Source: Octopus sinensis (Eukaryota). From it: DNA of 14,737 bases. Positions 1 to 10,625 of the stretch are shown one piece after another. The first letter of the stretch is position 1, and each line of letters opens with the position of its first letter. The notes under the pieces were generated by a model. That model was not told the origin of the DNA. It worked only from the letters and a program-made list of their open reading frames with translations, and did no database searches. The DNA lies in NCBI RefSeq assembly GCF_006345805.1, contig NW_021825715.1:1-14737 (forward strand), written 5' to 3'. The translations under genes were made by a program, and so were the position numbers.

Positions 1-9
1 GCACGTACA

Positions 10-89
10 ACACACACACACACACTACATACATACATACAGACACACACACTCATACATATATATCTATATATATATATATATATATA
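10..89 (+). repeat. Compound (CA)n/(TACA)n/(TA)n microsatellite
   Basis: Read directly from the sequence. Confidence 0.95.
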
Positions 90-189
90 ATTCCTTCTCT
101 GATTTATAAATCATACACATCGTGGCCATTTCTTTGTCAGTACCTTTGACTACTAACTCCCTTATTATATGTGTTGTTGTCAATATTGT

Positions 190-909
190 ATACACCATCA
201 CCACCACCACCATCAACATCAACCCACCACCCCTTCCAACTCCTTCAGCCGATGCCATAAGTCTTCTCCTCTACCGACACCACCACCACCACCATCGCTA
301 ACAGTACCAACACCACCACCACCATTGCCATGCCATCATCATCGCTATCACCTCCAGCATTGATGCCACCGACATCACTACAACGCCACGCCCCTCTCCT
401 ACCATTATCATTATCATTATCATCACCAGTGGCAGTAGGAGCAGCAGCAGCAGCAGCAGCAACAGCAAAGTAGCAGCAGTAGCAACAGCAGCAGCAGCAG
501 TAGCAGTTTCTTTACCATTGCTGCTACCACAGAGATTTCCAGCATTACAACTACAGAGCCATCTTCACCACCACCACCATCACCAAAGTCATCATCATCA
601 TTTTCATATTCACATTTATCATCGTCATCATCGTCACCATCATCATCACCACAATCATCATCATCCTCATTATTATTGTGGCTATCTTCCATCCTCCTCC
701 TCATCATCATCATCATCACCAAAATCATCATCATGATCATCGTCATCATCGTCATCACCATCATATTCCTCCTCCTCATAATCATCATCATCATCATTAT
801 CTCAACCATTATCACCATCGCCGCCACCTCCACCATCATCATCCTCATCATTGTCCCCGCCGTCACCCCCCACCACCACCATCACCATCACCACCTACAA
901 TGCTACTAT

Positions 910-943
<34 letters not shown>

Positions 944-1075
944 CCATCACCATCATCATCATCATCATCATTAACATCATCATCATCACTATGCTACATT
1001 CACCATCATGAACAAAACCACTATTATGAATACACAACACCAGCAACCGCCATCGGCACCTCCTACTACCATCTA
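190..1075 (+). repeat. Degenerate trinucleotide tract (CAC/CAT/CAG); CAG-rich block ~437-505, (CAT)n ~580-1000
   Basis: Runs of caccac, cagcag and catcat; these generate the poly-His/Ile/Ser/Met ORFs. Confidence 0.95.
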
Positions 1076-1127
1076 AACCAAGTAAGAGTAATGGTAGGAG
1101 GCAGTGGTTTCCAATTAACAAGGAAGC

Positions 1128-1370
1128 TTCTGTGTGACCGCTTGACCAGTCTGTAATAGCAGCCAGACTTCCCTTCACTACTTATACCCAACCATCTTTA
1201 AAAAATGATCTCTAATAGAACAGTGTAGTACTAAATACAATGCACTTGCTAAAAAGAAAAAGAAAAAGAAAAAAGGTGGGATGGTCATAAGCTGAATTTT
1301 TTTGATTATAGGTCTACTCAGTCAGGACTGGTTAACCTAGGGCTAAATAACAATCATAAGCAATAACAAT
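1128..1370 (+). mobile_element. Family C old interspersed element, copy C1 (SINE- or LINE-3'-end-like, degenerate CAA tail)
   Basis: Shares ordered motifs with 2045-2220, 3878-3998 and 8360-8565: aatagcagcc, A-run+gggatggtca, tttgattatagg, gggctaaataacaat. Confidence 0.6.
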
Positions 1371-1390
1371 ATTATTAGGGCTGCCAATTC

Positions 1391-1453
1391 TTTTTATTAA
1401 TTAATTAATTAATTTATTTATTTATTTATTTATGTATTTATTTATTCTTATTA
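1391..1453 (+). repeat. (TTAA)n/(TTTA)n AT-rich microsatellite
   Basis: ttaattaattaatttatttatttatttatt. Confidence 0.9.
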
Positions 1454-1574
1454 TGGTAATAACCAACAGAAACTGTTATACCACTCACTGCCTTTGGTCA
1501 ATACCAGCACACCATCAACACCACCGCTATCATTAGCATAAGCTCTGCTATGGTAATATGATGATATGGCGATG

Positions 1575-1575
1575 G

Positions 1576-1640
<65 letters not shown>

Positions 1641-1779
1641 GTCAACATCGTCGTCATTATCGTTTTCATCATTATCATCATTGTCATCATCATCACCATC
1701 ATCGACATCATCATCGTCATCATCATCATCGGCATCATCATCATCATCATCATCATCTTCATCATCATCATCATCATCG

Positions 1780-1821
<42 letters not shown>

Positions 1822-1867
1822 ACATCATCATCATCCTCATCATCATCATCATCATCATCATCATCGG

Positions 1868-1902
<35 letters not shown>

Positions 1903-1913
1903 CCATCATCATT

Positions 1914-1944
<31 letters not shown>

Positions 1945-2005
1945 CCATTATCGTTGTCGTCCTCATCTTCATCATCATCATTATTATCATCATCATCATT
2001 ACTAT
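1575..2005 (+). repeat. Long (CAT)n microsatellite, ~430 bp, with scattered point variants
   Basis: Near-continuous ATC triplets; source of the poly-D, poly-M, poly-S and poly-I ORFs. Confidence 0.97.
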
Positions 2006-2044
2006 CAGCAAAACAGTTATCACTCGCCACAACCACTGTAGTCC

Positions 2045-2220
2045 GTGGTCGCTGGACCTGCTAGAAATGGCAGGCATATTGGAGATAATGAAGTCCATTC
2101 GGGGTGACCTGCACATAGGAAGTAAAAAAAAACGGTATGGTTACTGCTATTAATCATAGCTCTGTTCTATTACGACTGACCCGTGGCTAAACAACGATAG
2201 CAACAACAACAACACAACAA
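2045..2220 (+). mobile_element. Family C element, copy C2, ending in (CAA)n
   Basis: ctgctagaaatggcag matches ctgctagaaatagcag at 8361 in 15/16 positions; then gataatgaagtcc, an A-run, and ggctaaacaac...caacaacaac. Confidence 0.6.
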
Positions 2221-2224
2221 GTCT

Positions 2225-2280
2225 CCATAATCCATCATCATCACCACCAGCACCACCGCCGCCGCCGCCACCGTTACTGC
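2225..2280 (+). repeat. Short mixed CAT/CAC/CGC trinucleotide run
   Basis: catcatcatcaccaccagcaccaccgccgccgccgcc. Confidence 0.85.
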
Positions 2281-2343
2281 CAGTATCAATATTTGATTTC
2301 TACCACTGTTACGTAGCTCAACAGAGATGGTCGTTCTATGTAT

Positions 2344-2385
2344 GTTCAACATGCTAGAAACAACAGCTAAATCACCCTCAAATAA
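2344..2385 (+). mobile_element. Family C fragment C3
   Basis: tgctagaaacaacagctaaat matches tgctagaaatagcagctaaaa (8362) in 18/21 positions. Confidence 0.45.
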
Positions 2386-2404
2386 TTTTATTATCTATTA
2401 TGAC

Positions 2405-2635
2405 GGCGGCGAACTGGCAGAATCGTTAGCACGCCGGGCGAAATGCTCAGCGGTATTTCGTCTGCCGCTACGTTCTGAGTTCAAATTCCGCCGAGGTCGA
2501 CTTAGCCTTTCATCCTTTCGAGGTCGATTAAATAAGTACCAGTTACGCACTGGGGTCGATGTAATCGACTTAATACCTATGTCTGTCCTTGTTTGTCCCC
2601 TTTATGTTTAGCCCCTTGTGGGTAATAAAGAAATA
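2405..2635 (+). mobile_element. Family A tRNA-headed SINE, unit A1 (complete monomer)
   Basis: A-box-like TGGCAGAATCG (2415-2425) and B-box-like GTTCAAATTCC (2479-2489); core gcctttcatcctttcgaggtcgattaaataagtaccag, which I recall as MetaSINE-like (unverified); A-rich tail aataaagaaata. Homologous copies lie elsewhere in the window. Confidence 0.9.
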
Positions 2636-2820
2636 GGTACTTCGTCTGCCGCTACGTTCTGAGTTCAAACTCCGCCGAGGTCGACGTAGCCTTTCATCCT
2701 TTCGAGGTCGATTAAATAAGTACCAGTTACGCACTGGTGTCGATGTAATCGACTTAATACCCTTGTCTGTCCTTGTTTGTCCCCTCTATGTTTAACCCCC
2801 TGTGGGCAATAAAGAAATAA
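2636..2820 (+). mobile_element. Family A unit A2 (headless tandem unit, 184-bp period)
   Basis: 2636-2819 aligns to 2452-2635 without gaps, 10 mismatches in 184 nt by my hand count (~95%). Confidence 0.9.
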
Positions 2821-3022
2821 GAAACGTTAGCACGCCGGGCGAAATACTTAGGGATATTTCGTCTGTCTTTAGGTTCTGAGTTCAAATTCCGCCGAGGTCG
2901 ACTTAGCCTTTCATCCTTACGGGGTCGATAAATTAAGTACCAGTTGCTTACTGGAGTCGATCTAATCAACTGGCTCCCTCTCCCAAAAAGTTTTGGGCTT
3001 TGTGCCCAGAGTACAAAAGAAT
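2821..3022 (+). mobile_element. Family A unit A3 (5'-trimmed head, different 3' tail)
   Basis: Starts gaaacgttagcacgccgggcgaaat, has the same core, and ends ctccctctcccaaaaag...tgtgcccagagtacaaaagaat. Confidence 0.88.
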
Positions 3023-3029
3023 TTTTTTA

Positions 3030-3270
3030 TCAGTCAATTAGACTGTGATCATGTTGGGGCACCCACTAAAGAATTATTAGTCGACAGGAATCGATCCCAG
3101 TACCTATTTTCTAGGGGCGGAGTTCTGGTTTTGTATTTATTTTAAGCCTGGTACTTATTTCATCGGGATCTTTTAACGAACCGCTATGCAACGGGGACGT
3201 AACCATACCAACATCGGATGTCAAGCGGTGGCGAGGGGGTTGCAAACACGGACCCAAAGACACACATGTA
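3030..3270 (-). mobile_element. Family B SINE, 3' half (B1)
   Basis: Colinear with 3290-3480: gactgtg..atg.tgg.gcac, gtacttatt, gaaccg, acggggacgtaa, catcgg.tgtcaag. Confidence 0.8.
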
Positions 3271-3481
3271 TCTTTTAGCTTTTACTTGTTTCAGTTATTT
3301 GACTGTGGCAATGCTGGAGCACCACCTCTAGTCGAACGAATCGACCGCAGAATGTATTCTTTGTAAGCCGAGTACTTATTCTGTTGCTCGCTTTCACCGA
3401 ACCGTTAGGTTACGGGGACGTAAACACACCAGCATCGGTTGTCAAGTGACAGTGGTGGACAAACAGAGACACAAAAACATA

Positions 3482-3539
<58 letters not shown>

Positions 3540-3686
3540 CGACGGGCTTCTTTCAGTTTCCGTCGACCAGATCCACTCAAAAGGCTTTGGACAGCCCAAG
3601 GCTATAGTAGAAGAACAATTGCCTAAGATGCCACGCAGTGGGACTGAACCTGGAACCATGTGGTTGGGAAGCAAGCTTCTTACCAC
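3271..3686 (-). mobile_element. Family B composite SINE (B2): tRNA-like head, CORE-like segment, internal (TA)n(TG)n, 3' module, (TAAAAG)-like tail
   Basis: On the minus strand: gtggtaagaagcttgc..., B-box-like GGTTCAGTCCC (3640-3650), degenerate CORE-like catcttaggcaattg, microsatellite 3478-3539, tail caagtaaaagctaaaaga. Confidence 0.85.
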
Positions 3687-3691
3687 CCATT

Positions 3692-3736
3692 CACATATGT
3701 ATATATGTGTGTGTGTATATGTATGTATATATGTGT

Positions 3737-3781
<45 letters not shown>
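3692..3781. repeat. (TA)n/(TG)n microsatellite, probably the internal repeat of the split B1/B3 element
   Basis: Sits at the same position relative to B3 as 3478-3539 does within B2. Confidence 0.85.
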
Positions 3782-3782
3782 C

Positions 3783-3872
3783 AATGGGCTTTTACAGTTT
3801 CTGTCTACCAAATTAACTCAGAAGGCTTTGTCTGGCCCGAGGCTGTAGTAGAAGACACTTGCCCAAGGTACC
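3783..3872 (-). mobile_element. Family B 5' segment (B3), tRNA head missing
   Basis: Aligns to 3541-3632; on the minus strand it carries ccttgggcaagtgtcttctac, like the MIR/CORE CCTTGGGCAAGT motif. Confidence 0.85.
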
Positions 3873-3877
3873 GGACG

Positions 3878-3998
3878 GGGCACATTGGATAATGGTAGTC
3901 CATGATACACAGGATCATCAAAACTGGAATGTTTTCTTCTTTATCAAATATTTGCTTGATCAGGGCTGGGCTGGGCTGGGGGGTGGGGCGAAACAACA
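3878..3998 (+). mobile_element. Family C 3' fragment (C5)
   Basis: cacattggataatggtagtcc resembles C2 catattggagataatgaagtcc and C4 cacattgtatgacgaaggcc; ends gcttgatcagggctg...gaaacaacaa. Confidence 0.5.
3963..3988 (+). other. Canonical G-quadruplex motif
   Basis: GGGCTGGGCTGGGCTGGGGGGTGGGG: at least four G-runs of 3 or more with 1-2 nt loops. Confidence 0.75.
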
Positions 3999-4009
3999 AG
4001 AAAAGGGAA

Positions 4010-5720
4010 ACACAACCACTACCACTGCCACCATCAGTCTAAATGCCATCATCACCTCCTCTACCAACGCTACTATCAACACCAGCATCACCACTACCAC
4101 CAATACCATCCGTATGACCTTAACTACTACAACCAGCACTATCAGGATGACTATCATTGCCAATACCACCACAACCACTACATTCGTTTCCCGCCGCCCC
4201 TTAGCATCTTCACCCCCTACCATCATCAGCATCGTTATCGCCATCACCAGCACCACCGCCTCCAGTGCTACCTCAAAACCATTACCACCAGTTTCTCGGG
4301 CATTACCGCCCCCACCACCAGCACCACCACTACTACTATTACCTCCACCCCACTGTCGTTTCCCTCGCCACCATAAGCATCTCCACCACCACCGCCGCCA
4401 CCACCACCACCACCACCACCACCACCATCACCACCACCACCATCATAACCAGCACCAAAACCCTCATAGTCACCACCACCACCACCACTACCACCATCAC
4501 CATTACCTCCACTACAACCCCCATATTGTCTTCTTCGACACCACCACCACCACCACCACCACCACCACCGCCGCCATCACCACCACCACCAGCATCACCA
4601 TCGCCACCATCACCACCATCACCATGATAGCTAACACCAAAGCCCTCATAGTCGCCACTACCACCACCACCATCACCATTACCTCCACTACAACCCCCAC
4701 ATTGTCTTCTTCGCCGCCACCACCACCACCAGCATCACCACCGCCAGCGTCACCAACCCCACCATAACCACCACCATAACCACCACCACCACCACCACCA
4801 TAACCAGCTTCATCACCATTATAGTCACCACCGACGCCATCGCCGCCGCCATCACATATATCTCAGCAGCGGAATTTCTTCTTCCATAACGCTCTGTTCT
4901 GGAAGAGTGATTTTCCTAAGCTACCGAATTACTCGCATATTCTTCATGCCACCATCACCATTACCACCATCGCCACCATCATCATCATCACTATAATCTT
5001 ACTTATAACCATTTATTATCATCTCCATTTCCACCACCACCACCATCACCACTAATACCACCATTACCATCACCACTACCACAACCACCACTATCACCTC
5101 TGCCACGAGTACCCGTACTGTCACCACCTCTGCTATCGCCGTCACCACCATTACCACCATTGCCATTAACGTCACCATACCATCACCTCAACCATCAACG
5201 TCGTCGCCACCATACCACTTTCATGCTACCACCATTAGTATCACCACCACCACCACCACAACTATTCCCACAACTACTACCATCCCCATCGCCACTACCG
5301 TCTCTGCCACTACCACAACCATCACGATCACCATTCTACCATCATCAGACTTCCATCACTACCATGCCCACCACTACCTTCAGGACAACTATACCACCAT
5401 CACCGCCATTACTATCACTGGTTCAACCATTGTCAGTAGTACTACCACCACCACCACCACCAACAACAACAGCAGCACCGCTAACATACCACCATCACTA
5501 CCACCACTACCATCACTACCACCACTACCATCACTACCACTATCACGTCCATCATACCATCACTATCACTATCACTATCACCACCAAAACTCTTCCCACT
5601 ACCACCAACACCAGCCCTTACCGCAACTATTACCACCATCACCACCACCACCACCACCACCATTACTATAACTACCATCATCACTGCCAGCACCACCATC
5701 TTCACCCTCGATATCACCAT
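4010..5720 (+). repeat. ~1.7 kb degenerate (CAC/CAT/TAC)n tract with an internal ~180-bp duplication
   Basis: Read directly; explains the Thr/His/Pro-rich ORFs 3859-4767 and 5160-6119. Confidence 0.95.
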
Positions 5721-5749
5721 CAAATTACTAGGCTGACACTCTACCCTTT

Positions 5750-5822
5750 CTTTTTATCTTTCTTATCTGTCTCTCTCCCTTTCTCTTCTTTATTCTTTTC
5801 ACTCAGTCTGTTTCCTTCTCTC

Positions 5823-5858
<36 letters not shown>

Positions 5859-5885
5859 CTCGCTCATTCTCTTGTTTCTTTTTCT
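5750..5885 (+). repeat. Polypyrimidine tract with (CT)n core
   Basis: ctctctctct run at ~5828-5856 inside a C/T-rich stretch. Confidence 0.92.
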
Positions 5886-5889
5886 TCAC

Positions 5890-6559
5890 GCATACATATG
5901 TGCACACGCACAGACTCCCTCACACTCACGCATACATTTGCGTCAGCACACATTGACTCACATGCGCATGCATATACATACACACACACACACATACATA
6001 CAATGCACACACGAACACACGTACATACACATTCATACACAAGCACACACACGAATATATACTCTCACAGATACATACAAATACACGCACACACACACAC
6101 AACAGACATATACACATGAACACACACATGCGCATACACATACAGACACACAAACACACACATACATACACGTATACATATGTACGCATACTCACATCCA
6201 TACACACATACACACGCATACACATACAAACATGTACACATAGGCATGTATGCACATACACATAGTCACAGATACATGCACAAATACACTTATACACACA
6301 TACGTACTCATACACACACAGACACATACACATACATATATAAGCATCATGTATACACAAACTGTCACAGACTGATGCACATAGAGACATGTACACCCAT
6401 ATACACATACATACGCATACACATACACAGACTCATTCATAGGTATTCACATACACACACATGCATATATAATCAGAGGTACAAACACATACACACGTAC
6501 ACACACGCATCCGCATATGCACAGTCATAGACACAGACATATACACACGTACACGTACA

Positions 6560-6595
<36 letters not shown>

Positions 6596-6709
6596 AGAAC
6601 ATATATGAACTATCACAGACACAGGCATAAGCACACCACACACATACACACACACACACAAAGGCATATGCATTATCAGAGACGCAGTCACACCACAAAC
6701 ACACACACG

Positions 6710-6741
<32 letters not shown>

Positions 6742-6758
6742 CACGCACACAAACAAAA

Positions 6759-6815
<57 letters not shown>

Positions 6816-7137
6816 CACGCACACAAACAAAAGCATACACACTATCACAGATACAGGCCAACCACAAACATACACACACACACACACACACACAAACATA
6901 CACACAAACACACACACACACACAAAGGCATATGCACTATCGCAGACACACGCAAACCACAAACACACACACATACACACACACATACAGACATACACAC
7001 ACACACACACACACAAAGACATATGCACAATCACAGACGTAGGCACATATGCACATTCACACAGACATACGCACACACACAAAGACACTGTCTCACACAC
7101 ACACACACACACACATACACATACACATACACACACA

Positions 7138-7185
<48 letters not shown>

Positions 7186-7195
7186 TACACGCAGA
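5890..7195 (+). repeat. ~1.3 kb degenerate (CA)n tract with a recurring ~30-bp anchor motif
   Basis: CA/TACA degenerate repeat; motif like aaaggcatatgcactatcacagacacaggc recurs between 6513 and 7046. Confidence 0.93.
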
Positions 7196-7299
7196 TACTA
7201 GGAGACAATTTCTATTCATTTACATCATTTGTTATTGATTAGTCTGTGATATGTGGAATGGTAAAACACCATTCTTTCATTTCACCCTCTCACCTAAAT

Positions 7300-7366
7300 C
7301 TCTTTTTACTCACCCTCTCTCTTCATTCTCTTGCTTTCTTTTATTCTCTCCCACCCCCACCCCCCG

Positions 7367-7403
<37 letters not shown>

Positions 7404-7530
7404 TCGCACTCCTTTCACACTCCTCTTCTCTCCCCCATACGCACACACATACACACATATACACACACGCACACTCACACACATATAGAGACACACCCAT
7501 ACAGACACACACACACACACACACACACAA
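7300..7530 (+). repeat. (CT)n-rich pyrimidine tract followed by (CA)n
   Basis: Read directly. Confidence 0.9.
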
Positions 7531-7593
7531 ACAAAGAATCTCTCCCTAACTTCCTTTCCCTTGCTCTATCACCATTCTCTGTGCTTTGTTGTT

Positions 7594-7882
7594 TATATAT
7601 ACACACATATATATATATATATATAAACATATACATGCATATATGTGTGTATATATATATGCATACATCCATATATATGTGTATGTGTTTATATATATAT
7701 ATATATACATATGCACATATATATATATATATATATACATGGATATAGGTATATATCTATCTATATATATATATATATGTATGTATATATACGTATATAT
7801 ATACATATATATATTAATATATATATTGTTGTATATATATATATATGTATGTATAATATAGTATATATAGATATATATATAC
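7594..7882. repeat. Interrupted (TA)n microsatellite
   Basis: Read directly. Confidence 0.95.
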
Positions 7883-7939
7883 GCGTAGTAGTTATGCTTT
7901 GAGTCTCACAACCATCAGTAGTAACTTTGATAACTATAA

Positions 7940-8000
7940 AAGCACACAGGCACACAAAGCGATACACACACAGACTCTCAGACAAGCTAGCACGCTCACA

Positions 8001-8045
<45 letters not shown>

Positions 8046-8310
8046 GTAACCAACGCGTAAACACACATGTAAACAAACACACACACACACATTTACCACC
8101 ACATTCATATGCTGAGTGAAACAAACCGGCGCACACACCTCGGTCCATACGCACCAATACACAAGAGCAAAACAAAGACAAGCAAATAAATAACACACAC
8201 ACATACACACACACAACATGCATACACACACAACACACAACACACACACACACACACGCACGCACGGACGCACACAAACACTCACAGTTATGGACGTACG
8301 CACGCACACG
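7940..8310 (+). repeat. Degenerate (CA)n tract
   Basis: Read directly. Confidence 0.9.
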
Positions 8311-8359
8311 GATATTAATTTGTAGCATCCAACAAGAAGACCTCTTTCTTGTCACACGC

Positions 8360-8565
8360 CCTGCTAGAAATAGCAGCTAAAATCTCAGACAACTAACACG
8401 TTACCGTCTTTGAAGCAGGTCACATTGTATGACGAAGGCCAAGGTGCACTGTTGCAGTAAGAGAAAAAAAGAAAAGACGTGATGGTCACGGCTTGATTGT
8501 TTTGATCATATGCCTGTTCGATCACAGAAAGCATAAGCTTAGACAACAACTACAACAACAACAAC
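8360..8565 (+). mobile_element. Family C element, copy C4, ending in (CAA)n
   Basis: ctgctagaaatagcagctaaaatctc...taccgtctt...cacattg...A-run gatggtcacggc...ttttgatcata...caacaactacaacaacaacaac; same motif order as C1 and C2. Confidence 0.62.
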
Positions 8566-8634
8566 TATGCACATGAAGGCCAACACAAACATATACAGAA
8601 ATATATGTCACGCCATTAAATATACTTACACACA

Positions 8635-9111
8635 GGCACACCTACTTACATACATACATTCAAACATGCATCAATCCATAAATACACACACACGCACGCA
8701 TACATACATACATACATACATACATACATACATACATACATACATACATACATAAATACACACACGCACATACATACACACAGGCTCACATACATACATA
8801 TATACATACATACATACATACACACATACATACATACATACATACACGCGCACGCATACATACATACACACACATACATGCTCATATACACACATACATA
8901 CATGCATACATACATGCAAACATACATACACACATATATACATGCATGCATACATACACAAATACATACATATATACATACATACATACATACATACATA
9001 CATACATGCATACATACATACACACATACATACATACATACATGCATACATACATACACACATACATACATGCATACATACGTACATACATACACACGTA
9101 CATACATACAT

Positions 9112-9142
<31 letters not shown>

Positions 9143-9232
9143 TACATACATACATACATACATACATACATACATACATACATACATACATGCATACATA
9201 CATACATACATACATGCATACATACATACATC
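8635..9232 (+). repeat. (TACA)n tetranucleotide array, ~600 bp, followed by degenerate AC-rich sequence to ~9830
   Basis: Read directly. Confidence 0.96.
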
Positions 9233-10059
9233 CCTATGCAATCAAGCGAGCCATCATGGACACATACATGTAATGAAGACACATACACAAACATATATAC
9301 ACACACAAAAGTAAAGAAAACAATAAGCCCCCACACATACGCATGGATTGAATCACACACCCCAAAAAAGGAGAATAAACCAATAAACGCACGCACACAC
9401 ACACACATACATGCTTACAAGCATACACATACAAACTTATAAACATACACACACATACAAACATGCATATATGAAGGCAATCAGACATATACATATTAGA
9501 GAGAGGCAAGCAAATAGTTACAGTGTTAAATATGCCAATACTCACACACAAAACACAACCACATCCATATACAAACATTTGCATTTATAAGGCTAACAAG
9601 CAAACAGACTCAGAGGTAAACACACCAACGCATACACATCTAATATTAAACAAAAAATAAACCATACACATCGAAGCAATAAACATGTAGACACACTAAC
9701 AAGAAATAAAAGTACAGTTAAATACCAACATCCATACAAATATACTGACATATGTGCAAACAAACACCAGTATACACATGCAAAATATACACACGTACAC
9801 GCGCACGCACGCAGGCGCACATATACTGAGTATTCAACATGCAAACGCGTTTATATACGAGCGAAAAGTGGAGCATATTTCTGGTCGGAAGTTTGTTGTC
9901 ATCGAATTCAAAACTCACATAGACAATAACCAGCAAGTTTTCACGTTCATTTATTGAAAAAAAAAGAATAAAAATTTCGCTCATGTGCTTTCTATGTATG
10001 GAGTCTCTCACTCATTCAACCGTGGGCCATCATTAAAATGCATAGAAAAGCTTGAATAT

Positions 10060-10106
10060 ACATGTATATATGCATACATATATATACATAAATACACACA
10101 TACACA

Positions 10107-10191
<85 letters not shown>
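10060..10191 (+). repeat. Compound (CA)n(TA)n microsatellite
   Basis: Read directly. Confidence 0.95.
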
Positions 10192-10194
<3 letters not shown>

Positions 10195-10543
10195 GAGTTT
10201 CATCACTTCGTCGCCTCTAGGATTGTACGTGGTGAGAAACTACGCATCGATGGAGTGAATTGTCAGTAATGAGCGATTACAAACACATACACACACACAA
10301 ACACACAAACACTTCAATAACTACACACCTTCATAAGAGAGAGAAAGATAGACAGACAGAAAAAGATTCAGTTTATTTCAATAGAATTCCTTTCTCGCGA
10401 CAGGAGAGTTAGGTTCTCGCCCGATGGTGGCCAAGGCATGAAACTTGAGTCATCAAAGAGGAATTCTGTTAAAATTTATCATCTGTCCTGCGATTTAAAT
10501 TGTATGCCTTCTACCTTGTTTTATGACAGGCACCAGCATTTGA

Positions 10544-10625
10544 TCACACACACATACATACACTCACACACACACACACACACTCCCACACACACACACA
10601 CATACACACACACAAAACCACATTC
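10544..10625 (+). repeat. (CA)n microsatellite
   Basis: Read directly. Confidence 0.9.

Noticed and set aside
169-2153. Poly-His, -Asp, -Met, -Ser and -Ile ORFs
   Set aside because: They are translations of (CAT)n/(CAC)n in several frames on both strands, with no complex domain or splice support.
2405-2500. tRNA gene
   Set aside because: It has A/B-box-like motifs but no cloverleaf that I can fold, and it continues into a repeated SINE body.
2327-2611. ORFs containing AKCSAVFRLPLRSEFKFRRGRL, repeated at several loci
   Set aside because: The recurring peptide is the translation of the family A SINE sequence.
3859-6119. 302-aa and 319-aa Thr/Pro/His-rich ORFs as mucin- or extensin-like genes
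   Set aside because: They begin in SINE or low-complexity sequence, overlap ORFs in other frames and run into CT/CA microsatellites.
6513-7046. CRISPR-like repeat/spacer array
   Set aside because: The repeats are degenerate and the spacers are (CA)n slippage products; it is kept only as a cryptic minisatellite.
10370-10475. Minus-strand exon after ttttaacag, and a 9-bp inverted repeat agaattcct/aggaattct
   Set aside because: There is no good donor before the stop codons, and the inverted repeat is too short to call a MITE.
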